Source: Octopus vulgaris
Taxonomy: Eukaryota
DNA length: 64,000 bases
Reading direction: 5' to 3'
Assembly: GCA_951406725.2 (NCBI GenBank)
Contig: OX597818.1
Location: 56,482,001-56,546,000 of the forward strand
In this document: positions 12,640 to 25,759 of the stretch, in pieces
Position numbering within the stretch: the first letter of the stretch is position 1
Layout: each line of letters begins with the position of its first letter
Program-made: the position numbers and the translations under genes
Notes under the pieces: generated by a model
Told to the model about the DNA's origin: nothing
Databases searched by the model: none
Seen by the model: only the letters and a program-made list of their open reading frames with translations

Positions 12640-13147
12640 TGTGTGTGTGCGTTGTACGTATATACGTTCGTGCGTGTATGTGTACCTTTGTGTCAACTCC
12701 CTAATACTATAAAAATAGCCATAAGCTCCTAACACATTAATATCTTGTAGTAAATGCCAATCAACACGAACATGCTAATTAACGAGACATTTACATATCT
12801 TCTGGCAAACAGAAACCAGTTCCAATCTGTGTGTGAACGTCGAGTCTAACATATGAAGAGTCTAGCAGATACGTGAAACAGGGAAGCCGTGGCTACTTAA
12901 TTCTTACGATGTCATCAGACACTGGTTATGACTCTACAGCTATTGGTGTATTGCTTTACTAGTGAATAAACCACCAGCGTACTAACAGTTAGTAAGTAAT
13001 GCCTTTTCAGACTGGTACCGACTGTTAGTGTTTGGGTCTTGACTGGAATATAATACAAAACGCTTAATTCTTAAAGGAATTCTTGACATTTGTTTATATT
13101 AGCTTCAAGGTGATTTATGCTGTGAGAGAAATATATTTGACGTCAGC

Positions 13148-13409
<262 letters not shown>

Positions 13410-13410
<1 letters not shown>

Positions 13411-13875
13411 AGTGAGAGAGCAGTGCATGCCATCAAAGTGACACTGGGGTAAAATATATGAAGCCCAGTATACCCATCAGGACTACCTGTTTGGTAAGGG
13501 TACACCAGGCACATGCATCACAACCATATGTGCGTGACAAGGTGATCTCATATCAAGATAAACGGCGCATGACCTTGCAGGTAGGGCCCAGTTAGAATTT
13601 TCTTCTGGTCGAGTAGCCCATCCTGCTCAAAAGGTCCCTGAATAAGGATTGTTTAAGGATGTTGAACGAACCACCCATGTTTCCAAAAGTGAATTAACCA
13701 AACCTTTAAGAATTCCTCTCAACACATGGCTATGATACTCCCCCACTACTTCTGCTCATGGTCAGAGATGCACATATCGTCAGCCACTAAGGGACATGCT
13801 CAACTGGTTAAGGTCAAACAACTGACAAGCAAATCTGTGGTATTGAGTAGAATATTTGCTGTAGCTCATTTTCTA

Positions 13876-13876
<1 letters not shown>
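13410..13876 (-). mobile_element. Unclassified insertion within an (ATT)n tract, probably a non-LTR 3' end with (TAA)n tail
   Basis: More GC-rich block bounded on both sides by (ATT)n; no second copy in the window. Confidence 0.35.
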
Positions 13877-13929
<53 letters not shown>

Positions 13930-14177
13930 CGTCTTCCCCAATGAGCCCAATCTGGTATGCAGTTTTGATTCCTGGTTAGAGGCTATTTATTTATTTAAAA
14001 AAATTTTTACTCCTGTTGTTGACGATGCATCATGGAAATGGATTAATGTTACAATTTCTTTTCCTTTCTTAATAATTTGAAGTTTCCAAGGCAGGGAGCT
14101 GGCAGAAATGTTAGCACGTGCGGTGCGAACTGTCTGTCTTTGTGTTCTGAGTTCAAATTCTGCTGAGGTTGTGGATG

Positions 14178-14580
14178 TGTGGTAAGTAGCTTGCTTACGA
14201 ACCACATGATTCTGGGTTCATTCACACTGTGTGGCACCTTGAGCAAGTGTCTTCTACTATAGCCTCTGGCCGACCAAAGCCTTGTGAGTGGATTTGGTAG
14301 ACAGAAACTGAAAGAAGCCCATCGTATAAATGTGTATATATGTGTGTGTGAGTGTGTGTGTGTATGTTTGTGTGTCTGTGTTTGTCCCCCCAACATTGCT
14401 TGACAACCGATGCTGGTGTGTTTACGTCCCCATAACCTAACGGTTCGGTAAAAGAGACCGATAGAATAAGTACTAGGCTTACAAAGAATAAGTGCTGGGG
14501 TCGATTTGCTCGACTAAAGGTGGTGCTCCAGCATGGCCACAGTCAAATGACCGAAACAAGTAAAAGAGAATAAAAGAGAA
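14178..14580 (+). mobile_element. SINE family A joined to a truncated SINE B head (14090-14170)
   Basis: Sequence identity with other copies. Confidence 0.88.
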
Positions 14581-15068
14581 GTCACGGAACAGATTTAACT
14601 GGGTCACTCTCATTGTCTTCTATACTCACAATTTTTAAGTGTCTTCATACATCCTTACATAAATGTTTTTGAGGACAATAGCAACAGACATTGTGCATGA
14701 AACAATGTATAAATGGAGACATTATATATTGTGCGGTCATTATTATCTAAGGATGCAGATTATTACTTAATTACTAGAAACTTTATCATAATGACCCACC
14801 CACAGAACTCTGATGGTTGGAAACTGATTTGATCGAGATCCATTTATGTACGTGAGCATGTGCGTGCGTGTGTGTGTGTGTGTGTGGGTGTGCACGTGTT
14901 TGTGCAGTTTGCCGATAAATCTCGTTAATTTGGTGCATCATGCAGATATAACAGAAGGATGTTTATGGTACCCGAGTTGCACAGATAACCCTTTGTCATA
15001 AGAGAAGCAACGAAGCAGAAAGGATTCCATTGTAAAACCTAAAACAAATGGTAGTATTGTTCACCCAA

Positions 15069-15302
15069 AAAGGCGGCGAGCTGGCAGAAACGTTAGCACG
15101 CCGGGCGAATTGCTTAGCAGTATTTCGTCTGCGTTACGTTGTGAGTTCAAATTCCGCCGAGGTCGACTTTGCCTTTCATCCCTTTCAGGCTCAATAAATT
15201 AAGTACCAGTTACGCACTGGGGTCGATGTAATCGACTTAATACCTATGTCTGTCCTTGTTTGTCCCCTCTATGTTTAGCCCCTTGTGGGTAATAAAGAAA
15301 TA
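15069..15302 (+). mobile_element. SINE family B monomer with 16-bp TSD
   Basis: Head GGCGGCGAGCTGGCAGAAACGTTAG, B-box GAGTTCAAATTCC, body GCCTTTCATCC...AAGTACCAG, ends AAAGAAATA; TSD AGTATTGTTCACCCAA at 15053-15068 and 15303-15318. Confidence 0.92.
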
Positions 15303-15509
15303 AGTATTGTTCACCCAATTATATACATAGGCGGAGGCAGGGCTGTGTGGTTGAGAAGCTCGCCTTACAACCTGATGATTTTGGGTTCTGAAGCAGTCGT
15401 AGTAAGTAAACCCCTATCCATGTTGTTATTTGTTTATAAATGCACACGCACACAATAGGTGGGAGCCAGATATACTGAGAATGGAAACCATTTTGTAGTG
15501 CTCCAATCC

Positions 15510-15893
15510 CTCTTTTACTTGTTTCAGTTATTTCACTGTGGCCATGCTGGAGCACTGCCTTTAGTCAAGCAAATCGACCCTAGGACTTATTCTTTGTAAG
15601 CCTAGTACTTATTCTATCAGTCTCTTTTGTCAAACCGCTAAGTTACGGGGACGTAAACACACCAACATCGGTTGTCAAGCGATGTCGGGGGGACAAACAC
15701 AGACACACAAACACACGCACACATATGTACACATATACATATATAAGACGGGCTTCTTTCAGTTTCCATCTACCAAATCCACTCACAAGGCTTAGGTCAG
15801 CCCGAGGTTATAGTAGAAGACACATGCCCAAGGTGCCATGCAGTGGGACTGAACCCAGAACCATGTGGTTGGTAAGCAAGCTACTTACCACAC
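15510..15893 (-). mobile_element. SINE family A
   Basis: Reverse complement of the family A sequence. Confidence 0.9.
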
Positions 15894-16082
15894 TATGTTC
15901 CTGCCTCCCTTACAGAAAGCAGCTGGTGATTCACTCAGCTGGTATTTGGTGATTTTTTTTTTTTGTCACGCTCGGTCATCCGGGCAACGTCAAAGTAAGT
16001 GAATTACGTAGGTGAGGAACCATTCGTTCATACATACATACACACATATATATATCTATAGCTGAATATATGTATGTGTGTT

Positions 16083-16113
<31 letters not shown>

Positions 16114-16399
16114 TTTATTATATTTATTAGGGAATAAAAATTCCAGCATCACAGGGGTTCAAATTATTCTCAATGAGGATCCATATATGTTATTTTGAGA
16201 TAGTAGTCCCCTTCATCCCACCATATGAAAGAATTTTAGTTTAATTTAATACTCACTATTCATTTTCCAGCTACAAGTGTTTCTTGAGGTTCTTTTATGG
16301 TTCCTTAAGCTTGCAGTGTTTTAAAGGAACTTTTCTTAAGAATGAACTCTGGTAAGTCTGAGACTCAAAACGATTGAATGAAAATAAATAAAATAAATG

Positions 16400-16651
16400 G
16401 GCCCTTGTTTTTAAAGCCTAGCCAGGCTCATGGGCCTGGTTTCCCGGTTTCTGTGGATGTATGTGTTCCCCCCAGCTGGACGGGACACCAGTCCATTGAA
16501 GCGTTACTCATTTTTGCCAGCTGAGTGGACTGGAGCAACGTGAAATGAAATGTTTTGCTGAAGAACAAAACGCGTTGCCTGGTCCAGGAATCGAAACCAC
16601 AATCTTACGATCATGGTGCTGACACCCTAACCACTAAGCCACGCGCCTCCA
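16400..16651 (-). mobile_element. SINE family C variant with a different 3' tail
   Basis: Minus strand GGAGGCGCGTGGCTTAGTGGTTAGGG...GGTTTCGATTCC...CACGTTGCTCCAGTCCACTCAGCTGGCAAAAATGAGTA, shared with 11605, then ATGGACTGGTGTCCCGTCCAG. Confidence 0.82.
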
Positions 16652-16666
16652 TGAATGACAATAATA

Positions 16667-17216
16667 CAGGGTGGACCAAAATGATCTGACACATTTGGAG
16701 GCTTAATATAAGCACAAAATGAGAAATAATGAAAAGAAGAATTTCATTTTCTGAATGTACATATAATGACATTTTATTTCATTAAGTTTTAAAAATTAAA
16801 TCAGCTAAATGCTTCCCATCATTGTCAACACACTGTTGGAGACGTTCATGAAAGTTATCGATAACTCTATGGATCATTTCTTCTGGAATGGTTGCTATTT
16901 CTACACAAATTGCACGTTTTAATTCATCAATAGATCGAAGGTGATGACTGAATACTTTTGATTTTAAATATCTCCACAAGAAGAAATCACATTTCACCAT
17001 TCCAGAAGAAATGATCCATAGAGTTATTGATAACTTTCATGACCGTCTCCAACAGTGTGTTGACAATGACGGGAAGCATTTAGCTGATTTAATTTTACAA
17101 CTTAATAAAATAAAATGGCATTATATGTACATTCAGAAAATAAAATTTTTCTTTTCATTATTTTTATTTTGTGCTTTTATTAAGCCTCCAAATGTGTCAG
17201 ATCATTTTGGTCCACC

Positions 17217-17219
<3 letters not shown>
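16667..17219. mobile_element. Mariner/Tc-derived foldback MITE built from two inverted 3' ends
   Basis: TA-CAGGGTGGACC...GGTCCACCCTG-TA; ~225-bp arms (16667-16892, 16996-17219); encodes the transposase C-terminus CDFFLWRYLKSKVF...SIDELKRAI...RLQQCVDNDGKHLADLIF. Confidence 0.92.
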
Positions 17220-17263
<44 letters not shown>

Positions 17264-17639
17264 TATATAAATATACTGTAGATGAAACTTAGATACTGTT
17301 TGACCAGAGATATGGTCCAGGCCATGTCTACAAACTTAATATGCTCACACACACACGTACACACACATCAACTTGGTTCCACTGAATCGGCGATATCTCA
17401 CTGCAGCCAAGACCGAGCTTGTGTGTAATCAAGAGAAATCAATGTAACGATCAAGTTTTGTTCAAGTAGTGAGTTCTTGCAGAAAGATTGGGTGAGTTCG
17501 ATATTCAATTAGTTTGGTCTGGTTGATTCTTTGAAGGAATCTATCCAGACTCTGTTTGAAATTATAAGGGGATCCGTTCCTCTTTGATCAGAACTGAAGT
17601 AGGACAGAGCTGAGTTAAATTCAGGCAACGATGGCCGGA

Positions 17640-17885
17640 TGGTGGTGGAAAAGAGGTGGTGGTGGTGGTGCAGTGGTAGTGGTGGTGGTTGTGATGGTGA
17701 ATTTGGTGGTGGTGGGTTTAAAGCCTGTTGTCCAAGTCTTTATTGATCCTTAGTTTTAGAGTCAGGGGATCAGCCACATCATCATTATCATCATCATCAT
17801 CATCATCATCACCAACATCGCCCCAATCATTATAATCTTCATCATCATCATCATCATCACCACCACCATCACCACCACAATCGCT

Positions 17886-17916
<31 letters not shown>

Positions 17917-18180
17917 CCACCACCACCACCACCACAACCAACACCACCACAATCGCCATCATCATCATCACCACCACTACCATCACCCCACCACCAGCAC
18001 CAACACCACCACAATCGCCATCATCATCGTCACCACCACCACCAACCATCACCACCACTACCAATACCACCACAATCGCTATCATCATCATCATCACCAT
18101 CATCGTTGTCATCATCATCGTCATCATTATCCTCATCATCATCATCATCATCATCACCGTCGTCGTCCCCATCCGCATCG
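17640..18180. repeat. (GGT)n and (CAT)n/(CAC)n compound trinucleotide repeats
   Basis: Direct reading; includes a recurring CACCACAATCGC spacer. Confidence 0.9.
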
Positions 18181-18447
18181 TTATCCTGTCTTTGCTGATG
18201 CACTAAAACAACGGTGCACCAGCAGCAATGCAACGGTAGTCAGCACTCTGTTGTTTTCCAAACGGAGAGTAAGAAAGAATTCTGTAGAAACGCAAACCAA
18301 AGAAAGCCGACGAACACGTTGCTATACGGATGCGACTGACCTGAGGGTGGAGGAGGAAGATGTGAAGTATTTCTATTCCCAAGTCTCATTGCAATATCGA
18401 TGCAACGCTTTAAGCTAACAGCTTAGTCTGACTTGGCCAAACATATA

Positions 18448-18895
18448 CAGGGTGTCCATAAAGTCTCTTTACAATTAAAAAAAAATTATTACAAAGGCAG
18501 TTGATGAGATATTTTAACCAGATTTGTTTTATTTTAATAATTGTTTATTAAAGTTTTTATTGATATTAAATGTTTGTGTTTCAGATACTCTGTTGATGGA
18601 AGGGAACTAACTGATTCACTGAACCCCTATAAAATGAGGATGAAGTATTCCTCAAGTGAGTTTGTTTTAGTGATGAGGCGACTTTTCCTGTTTCAGGGAA
18701 ATTAAACAGACACAATGTGAGAATCTGGGGATCAGAACACCCCCATGGGACTAGGGAGCTTCAACAGGATAGTCCAAAAGTGAATGTGTGGTGTGGAATC
18801 ACGTGCAATCGAATAATTAATCCATTAGTCCATTTTTCTTCGAGGCAACAATTACTGCAGATGTTTACCTCGACCTTCTGACCGAATATGTGGCA
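18448..18895 (+). mobile_element. Tc1/mariner element: 5' TIR plus transposase fragment
   Basis: TA-CAGGGTGTCC end; 18663-18895 translates CFSDEATFPVSGKLNRHNVRIWGSEHPH...DSPKVNVWCGI, then after a frameshift PFFFEATITADVYLDLLTEYVA. Confidence 0.88.
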
Positions 18896-19845
18896 GAAAG
18901 GTTAGCTGGGTGAATGCTTTGCAGTATTTCGGATGTGGCTACGTTTTAAGTTTAAATTCCGCTGAGGTCAACTTTGCCTTTCATCCTTTCAGGGTCAATT
19001 AAATAAGTACCAGTTACGCACTGGGGTCGATATAATCGACTTAATCCGTTTGTCTGTCATTGTTTGTCCTCTCTGTGTGTAGCCCTTTGTGGGTAGTAAA
19101 GAAATAGGTATTTCGTCTGCCGTTACGCTCTGAGTTCACATTCCGCCAAGGTCAACTTTGCCTTTAATCCTTTCGGGGACGATTAAATAAGTACCAGTTA
19201 CGCACTGGGGTCGATATAATCGACTTAATCCGATTATCTGTCCTTGTTTGTCCCCTCTGTGTTTAGCCCCTTGTGGGTAATAAAGAAATAGGTATTTTGT
19301 CTGCCGCTACGCTCTGAGTTCACATTCCGCCAAGGTCAACTTTGCCTTTAATCCTTTCGGGGACGATTAAATAAGTACCAGTTACACACTGGGGTCGATA
19401 TAATCGACTTAATCCGATTATCTGTCCTTGTTTGTTCTCTCTGTGTTTAGCCCCTTGTGGGTAGTAAAGAAATAGGTATTTTGTCTGCCGCTACGCTCTG
19501 AGTTCACATTCCGCCAAGGTCAACTTTGCCTTTAATCCTTTCGGGGACGATTAAATAAGTACCAGTTACACACTGGGGTCGATATAATCGACTTAATCCG
19601 ATTATCTGTCCTTGTTTGTTCTCTCTGTGTTTAGCCCCTTGTGGGTAGTAAAGAAATAGGTATTTTGTCTGCCGCTACGCTCTGAGTTCACATTCCGCCA
19701 AGGTCAACTTTGCCTTTAATCCTTTCGGGGACGATTAAATAAGTACCAGTTACACACTGGGGTCGATATAATCGACTTAATCCGATTATCTGTCCTTGTT
19801 TGTCCTCTTTGTGTTTAGCCCCTTGTGGGTAGTAAAGAAATAGGT
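18893..19845 (+). mobile_element. SINE family B pentamer: one head plus five tandem 184-bp bodies
   Basis: Junction AAAGAAATA|GGTA recurs at 19107, 19291, 19475, 19659 and 19843 (period exactly 184). Confidence 0.95.
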
Positions 19846-20384
19846 AGGGAGTGAGGGAGGTGTATGTATGAATTTTAAGTTCTCAAGAGAGTTCAAGCCA
19901 GTTGCTAACAAAGTGACAAGACTTTTTGAATTAAGAGAGTTCCTGGTGTTTGTAAATATATGGTTGCGTTGGTGGTGCCGATGTATATACACCAAAGTGT
20001 GTGCAGCTCTTCACCTAAACAATCTCAGATGAAGAATCTTTGGAACGTCTCAGAAATCTTCACAGAGCCACAAATAGATTGGATTTGGAGAATCCACGTC
20101 CGTTTCTTTTGCTCTTTCTTTGAAAAACCAAGTATTTATGGGTTTTTGTGAAATGTTTTAAGTGTATAACCTATGATGCACCTACAATGTATGTATGTAT
20201 GTATGTATACATGTATTTATGTATGTATGCATATATTTATGTATGTATGTATGTATGTATGTATCTGTCTGTCTGTCTAACTATTTATCTATAAAGGCTG
20301 GAAGGTATATCACCTGAAACGTGTTACCAAATAAGATGAGGACAAATATCCATCAAATGTAAATAATGTAAATAATGTATCTTT

Positions 20385-20660
<276 letters not shown>

Positions 20661-21096
20661 GCGTACATGTATACACACACACAGACACACATATCCACGT
20701 ACAGAAGTGTGCGTGTATGTGTGTATGTTTGTGTTTGTAGACACGTAAATATGTGCGTGGAGTTGTGTGCAAATACGAATGTAATATGTACATGCATACA
20801 CACGACCCAAAAACGTTTGAAGTGGCGCTGAAAGATATAAATTTGTCTTTCGTTGTGTTTGAAAACATTCGTCACCAACGTAACAAGGAAGGTACAAAGA
20901 GGGAGGATCGAATGATATCCAATTCCCAATCGAAGTGATTCTTTGAACTATAATTATATCTGTAGAGCTTTGGATGTGTATGTGTGTAACTCTGTGTGTG
21001 TATGTGTGCATCTACAATCATTCACGTTCGCAAAAATGCGCATTCGTTTACCTGTATGTGTGACTGTGTATGCGTATATGTATGTGTGCGTTGCGT

Positions 21097-21171
<75 letters not shown>

Positions 21172-21333
21172 TATATATATGTATGTATTTATATATGTAT
21201 GTATGTATATATGTATGTATATATATATATATATATATGTATGTATATATATATATATATATGTATATATATGTATGTATATATATATGTATATATATGT
21301 ATATGTATGTATGTATATATATATGTATGTATG

Positions 21334-21364
<31 letters not shown>

Positions 21365-21685
21365 TTAATAAGGGTGAGAGAATTAGATACTAATTTAATA
21401 GCATATCCATTCAACACCAAGTGGCCCAGTGCCTCGAGAAACCTGGATTATTATAATATTTTATAATATATTATAATATTTTATACAAAAATAAATATAA
21501 GAGAATGGTCACTATGTGGCTCATTCTAGCACTAGAAAATCCAAAAGGTTTCAACCACAAAAATACATGTTTCCTATATATATATATATATATATAGTTA
21601 ATCCAAATGTGAAAACACAACAACGCGAGGACGTGGAACAAATATAGTGTTAATGGACGCTCAGGAAGGAAGGGAAGAAGGAGGG

Positions 21686-21718
21686 TTTAACGTTTCGAGC
21701 TGAACTCTTCGTCAGAAA
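21686..21718 (-). ncRNA. Ultra-minimal hammerhead ribozyme motif within a Penelope-like terminal fragment (~21598-21740)
   Basis: Minus strand TTT-CTGACGA-A-GAGT(TCA)GCTC-GAAACGTT-AAA: intact core, with palindromic AACGTT in place of helix III. The host fragment recurs at ~25105-25370 and ~48790-48930 with decayed cores. Confidence 0.7.
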
Positions 21719-22051
21719 TGTAGGAAAAGGAAAGATCCATATGTATATATATATGTATGTATGTATATGTATTGTAATCCCTGGCCATATCATGGTTCAC
21801 TATTTAAGCTTATGTCGATTACTCCATGGTGTTGTTTTACATGTACAATAAAATAAATATATACAAAGTATAAAAATAATTAAAAAGTATATAGGTGTAG
21901 GAGTGGCTGTGTGGTAAGTAGCTTGCTTACGAACCACATGGTTCCGGGTTCAGTCCCACTGTGTGGCACCTTGGGCAAGTGTCTTTTACTATAGCCTCGG
22001 ACCGACCAAAGCCTTGTGAGTGAATTTGGTAGACAGAAACTGAAAGAAACC

Positions 22052-22096
<45 letters not shown>

Positions 22097-22176
22097 TTAC
22101 GGGGACTAAAACACACTAGTATTGGTTGTCAAGCGATGTTGAGGGGGGGGGGCACACACACACACACACACATACA

Positions 22177-22312
22177 CAATTTTTCGTTTGTCAGTGTTAT
22201 TTACGACATCATTATTGTGTTTGTACTAGTTTTAAGGTTTTAGGGGTTTTTGGGTCAGGATTAAGGTTTTAGGGTTAGGGCTGTCATAAATAACAATGAC
22301 AAATGAAATATA
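22177..22312. mobile_element. Short inverted-repeat element with an internal degenerate TTAGGG array
   Basis: CAATTTTCGTTTGTCAGTGTTATTTACGACA is mirrored by TGTCATAAATAACAATGACAAATGAAAT; between them TTTAAGG/TTTTAGGG/TTAGGG units. Confidence 0.6.
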
Positions 22313-22641
22313 CACTGCGGGATGTTCTTGTTGACAAACAACAGCAGTAATTTTATTCAGCTGAATACACATCATTGATTGGTTGAAATTACCAAAATAC
22401 GAGATCTTTAACGTGAAATAACTTCGTAAATATAAGTTTTTTCTCAAAAATGCTAAGAGTAAAAGATGTTTTATATGACGCATTCTACCAGTGTCCGAAG
22501 TTTGAAAGTGTTTAGTTACAAAAAATAATTTTTTAAGTCTGTCACTCAAAAGGTAAAGATCCAAGATGCCTATTTGTTTTGTTCAATGAACATTGTTTCA
22601 TTAACTTATTAGATGTTCTTTTGCAAACACAATGACACAAT

Positions 22642-23447
22642 CATCATCATCATCATCATCATCATCGTTTAATGTCTGCTTTCCATGCTAGCATCGGTTG
22701 GACGATTTTGTCTGAGCACTGGCGAACCAGATGGCTGCACCAGGCTCCAATCTTGATCCACCAGAGTTTCTACAGCTGGACGCCCTTCCTAATGCCAACC
22801 ACTCTGAGAGTGTAGTGGGTGCTTTTTACATGCCACTGGCATAGGGCCAGTCAGGCGGTACTGGCAACGACCTTGCTCGAATCTTTTTACACATGTCACT
22901 GGCACAGGTGCCAGTAAGGCGATACTGGTAACGATCACACTCGAATGGTGCTTTTTATGTACCACCGGCACAGAAGCCAGTTAGCTGCTCTGGCAACGAT
23001 CACACTCGGATGGTGCTCTTAGTGCTTCACTAGTACGGATGCCAGTCATCGAATTTGATTTTGATTTCACTTGCCTCAATAGGTCTTTGCAAGCAGAGTT
23101 TAGTGTCCAAAGAAGGAAAAGATACACATAAGTGGGCTGGTTACACCCCTGGTATAGGCCATGAGATTATGGTCTCATTTGGCTTGCCGGGTCTTCTCAT
23201 GCACTGCATATTTCCAAAAGTCTTGGTCACTAGTCATTTCCTTGGTGAGTTCAAAGGTCGTGCTTCACCACTTCATCCCAGGTCTTCCTGGGTCTACCTC
23301 TTCCACAGGTTCCCTCAACAGCTAGGGTGTGGCACTTTTTCACACAGCTATCCTCATCCATTCGTGCCACATGTCCATACCAGCACAGTCATCTCTCTTG
23401 CACACCACCTCTGATGCTTCTTAGGTCCAACTTTTCTCTCAAAGTAC
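22642..23447 (-). mobile_element. RTE-clade LINE 3' fragment (ORF C-terminus, repetitive 3' UTR, (GAT)n tail)
   Basis: Minus 23445-23175 reads LREKLDLRSIRGGVQER*LCWYGHVARMDEDSCVKKCHTLAVEGTCGRGRPRKTWDEVVKHDL...EKTRQAK*, with the RTE W.GHV.R and GRP..TW motifs; the 3' UTR has ~60-bp tandem units. Confidence 0.92.
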
Positions 23448-23869
23448 TTCTTTTTAGAAAACTGAAACATAAGTCTACTCATTGCCTACACGCGTAACCT
23501 ACCTCACACTGTAACCACCCAAAGCATAGTGACTAACCACTGCAATAAACATCCAAATACCTTATGTATTTGTAACAGAGCCTGACTGACCTGAAATGTA
23601 CACTCGTAGTATCTATTACATATATTGCGTTTTTGAATTAAAAAATTAATTCTTATCAAGTGCTGTAATTTTTTGCATTGCTTTCTCATGCGTGAATAAT
23701 AATTCTAAGTTATGTGCAGACATGGCATCGATAATGTGGCGGAAATGAAAATTAAAAATGGGTCTTTTGCAGAGAAATATTTTGTAGGGAATTTACAAAA
23801 ACTCTGCAGAACTATACTTTAAGATTAGAATGAATCATCATCATCATCATGTTTATTTATTCACATTCA

Positions 23870-24330
23870 TCATGATCATCATCGTTTAATGCCTGCTTTC
23901 CATGCTGGCATGGGTTGGACGGTTTAACCGAGAACTGGCAAGCCAGTGCGCTGCACCAGGCTCCAATCTGATCTGGCAGAGGTTCTACAGCTGGATGCCC
24001 TTCCTAACGCCAACCACTCTGTGAGTGTAGTGGGTGATTTTTACGTGCCACCAGCACAGGGGCCAGAGGGGGCTGGTGAACAGCCATGATCGATTAGTGT
24101 TTTTACGTGTCACCGACACAGACGCCAGTCAGGCGGCATTGGCATCTGCCAAGTTCGGACGATGCTTTTAACGTGTCACCGGCACGGGTATATTAACTAC
24201 AATTTCCATTTGATTTGTATTTTGATGTTGGTGTTAACGTATTTGACTCCATAGGTCTCTTCAAGCACAGCGGTTCACTCTATGATCCAAGATAAGCACA
24301 ACAGGCCGTCCTGTGAGCCATGAACTCACT
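23870..24330 (-). mobile_element. RTE-type LINE 3' UTR fragment (related subfamily)
   Basis: (CAT)n-CGTTTAATGCCTGCTTTCCATGC...CAGCTGGATGCCCTTCCTAACGCCAACC shared with 22642-23447. Confidence 0.8.
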
Positions 24331-24676
24331 TCATTTGTCGGGTCTTCAAAGTCACAGCTTATCCCCAGAGGTCTCAGTCTTTCGTCATAGCCTATTTCGC
24401 GATAAATAAAATATTTTCACATTTTGCGCCTTTTACTTGTTTCAGCCATCAGATGGTGGCCATACTGGAGCACTACCCCGAAGGCTTTAATTGAACAATT
24501 GACAGCAGTATGTATTTTTAAGTTTGGCTCTTTTTCTATCGGTCTCTTTCGGCCAAAACGCTTAGTTACGGGGGACGTAAACAAACCAACATTATGATGG
24601 GGCGGCAAACACACACACATACATAGTAGGAAAATAATGAGAAAGGGTTGGAAATGTGTTAAATTGTTATAGTCAC

Positions 24677-25080
24677 AGGCATAGCTGTGTGGTAAGAAGC
24701 TTGCTTCTGAACCCATGGTTCCGGGTTCAGTCCCACTGTGTGGCACCTTCCTTTGACAAGTGTCTTCTACTATAACCTTGGGCCAACCTAAGCCTTGTGA
24801 GTGGATTTGGTAGATGGAAACTGAAATAAACCTGTTGTGTGAGTGTGTGTGTGTGGAGGGGTGCTTGCATCTATGTGTCTGTGCTTGTTCCCTTCACCTG
24901 CACTTGACAACCGGTGTTAGTGTGTTTACATCCCCATAACATAGCGGTTCGGCAAAAGAGGCCAACAGAATAGGTTTTAGGCTTAAAAAATAAGTCCTGG
25001 GATTGATTTGTTTGACTAAAAACCTTTCAAGGCGGTGCTCCAGCATGGACGCAGTCAAATGACTGAAACAAGAAAAAGAA
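24677..25080 (+). mobile_element. SINE family A, older variant
   Basis: Diverged but collinear head, body and tail. Confidence 0.85.
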
Positions 25081-25369
25081 TATATATATATAAGAGATAT
25101 ATAATCAATCCAAACATGAACAAGCAAGAAAAAACAACGCGAGGACGTGGAATAAGTGCAGTGTTATTGGACGCTCAGGAAAGGAAAGAAAAGAAAGAGG
25201 ATTTCTCTTTTCTAGCAGAGCTCTTCGGCAGAAATACAGAAAAATTCCAAATAAGGGAAGACGGAGAAAGAAAATCGCCAACGATACACACACTGTTACA
25301 TATTGAAATGACTGGAAAGGAATGGATAAAGAAAAAGTTCTTCCAAAGACAGGAGAGTGCAAGAGAAGG

Positions 25370-25410
<41 letters not shown>

Positions 25411-25411
25411 C

Positions 25412-25474
<63 letters not shown>

Positions 25475-25647
25475 TACATATACATATATATATATACATA
25501 TATATATCATCATCATCATCATCATCGTTTAACGTCCGTTCTCCATGCTAGCATGGGTTGGACGGTTCCACCGGGGATCTGGGAAACCAGAAGGCTGCAC
25601 CAGGCTCCGGTCTTATCTGGCAATGTTTCTACAGCTGGATGCCCTTC

Positions 25648-25759
<112 letters not shown>

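Noticed and set aside
17718-18233. Poly-Asp/Gly ORFs on the minus strand
   Set aside because: Trinucleotide repeats with frame-breaking stops; the flanking unique sequence gives no recognisable protein, although a UTR cannot be excluded.
18923-19842. Regular array that might be mistaken for CRISPR
   Set aside because: Whole 184-bp units repeat without unique spacers; eukaryotic SINE sequence with no cas genes.
20295-20330. Possible decayed hammerhead (AGGT/ACCT-GAAAC-GT-GTT)
   Set aside because: The CUGANGA box is absent; too degenerate to call.
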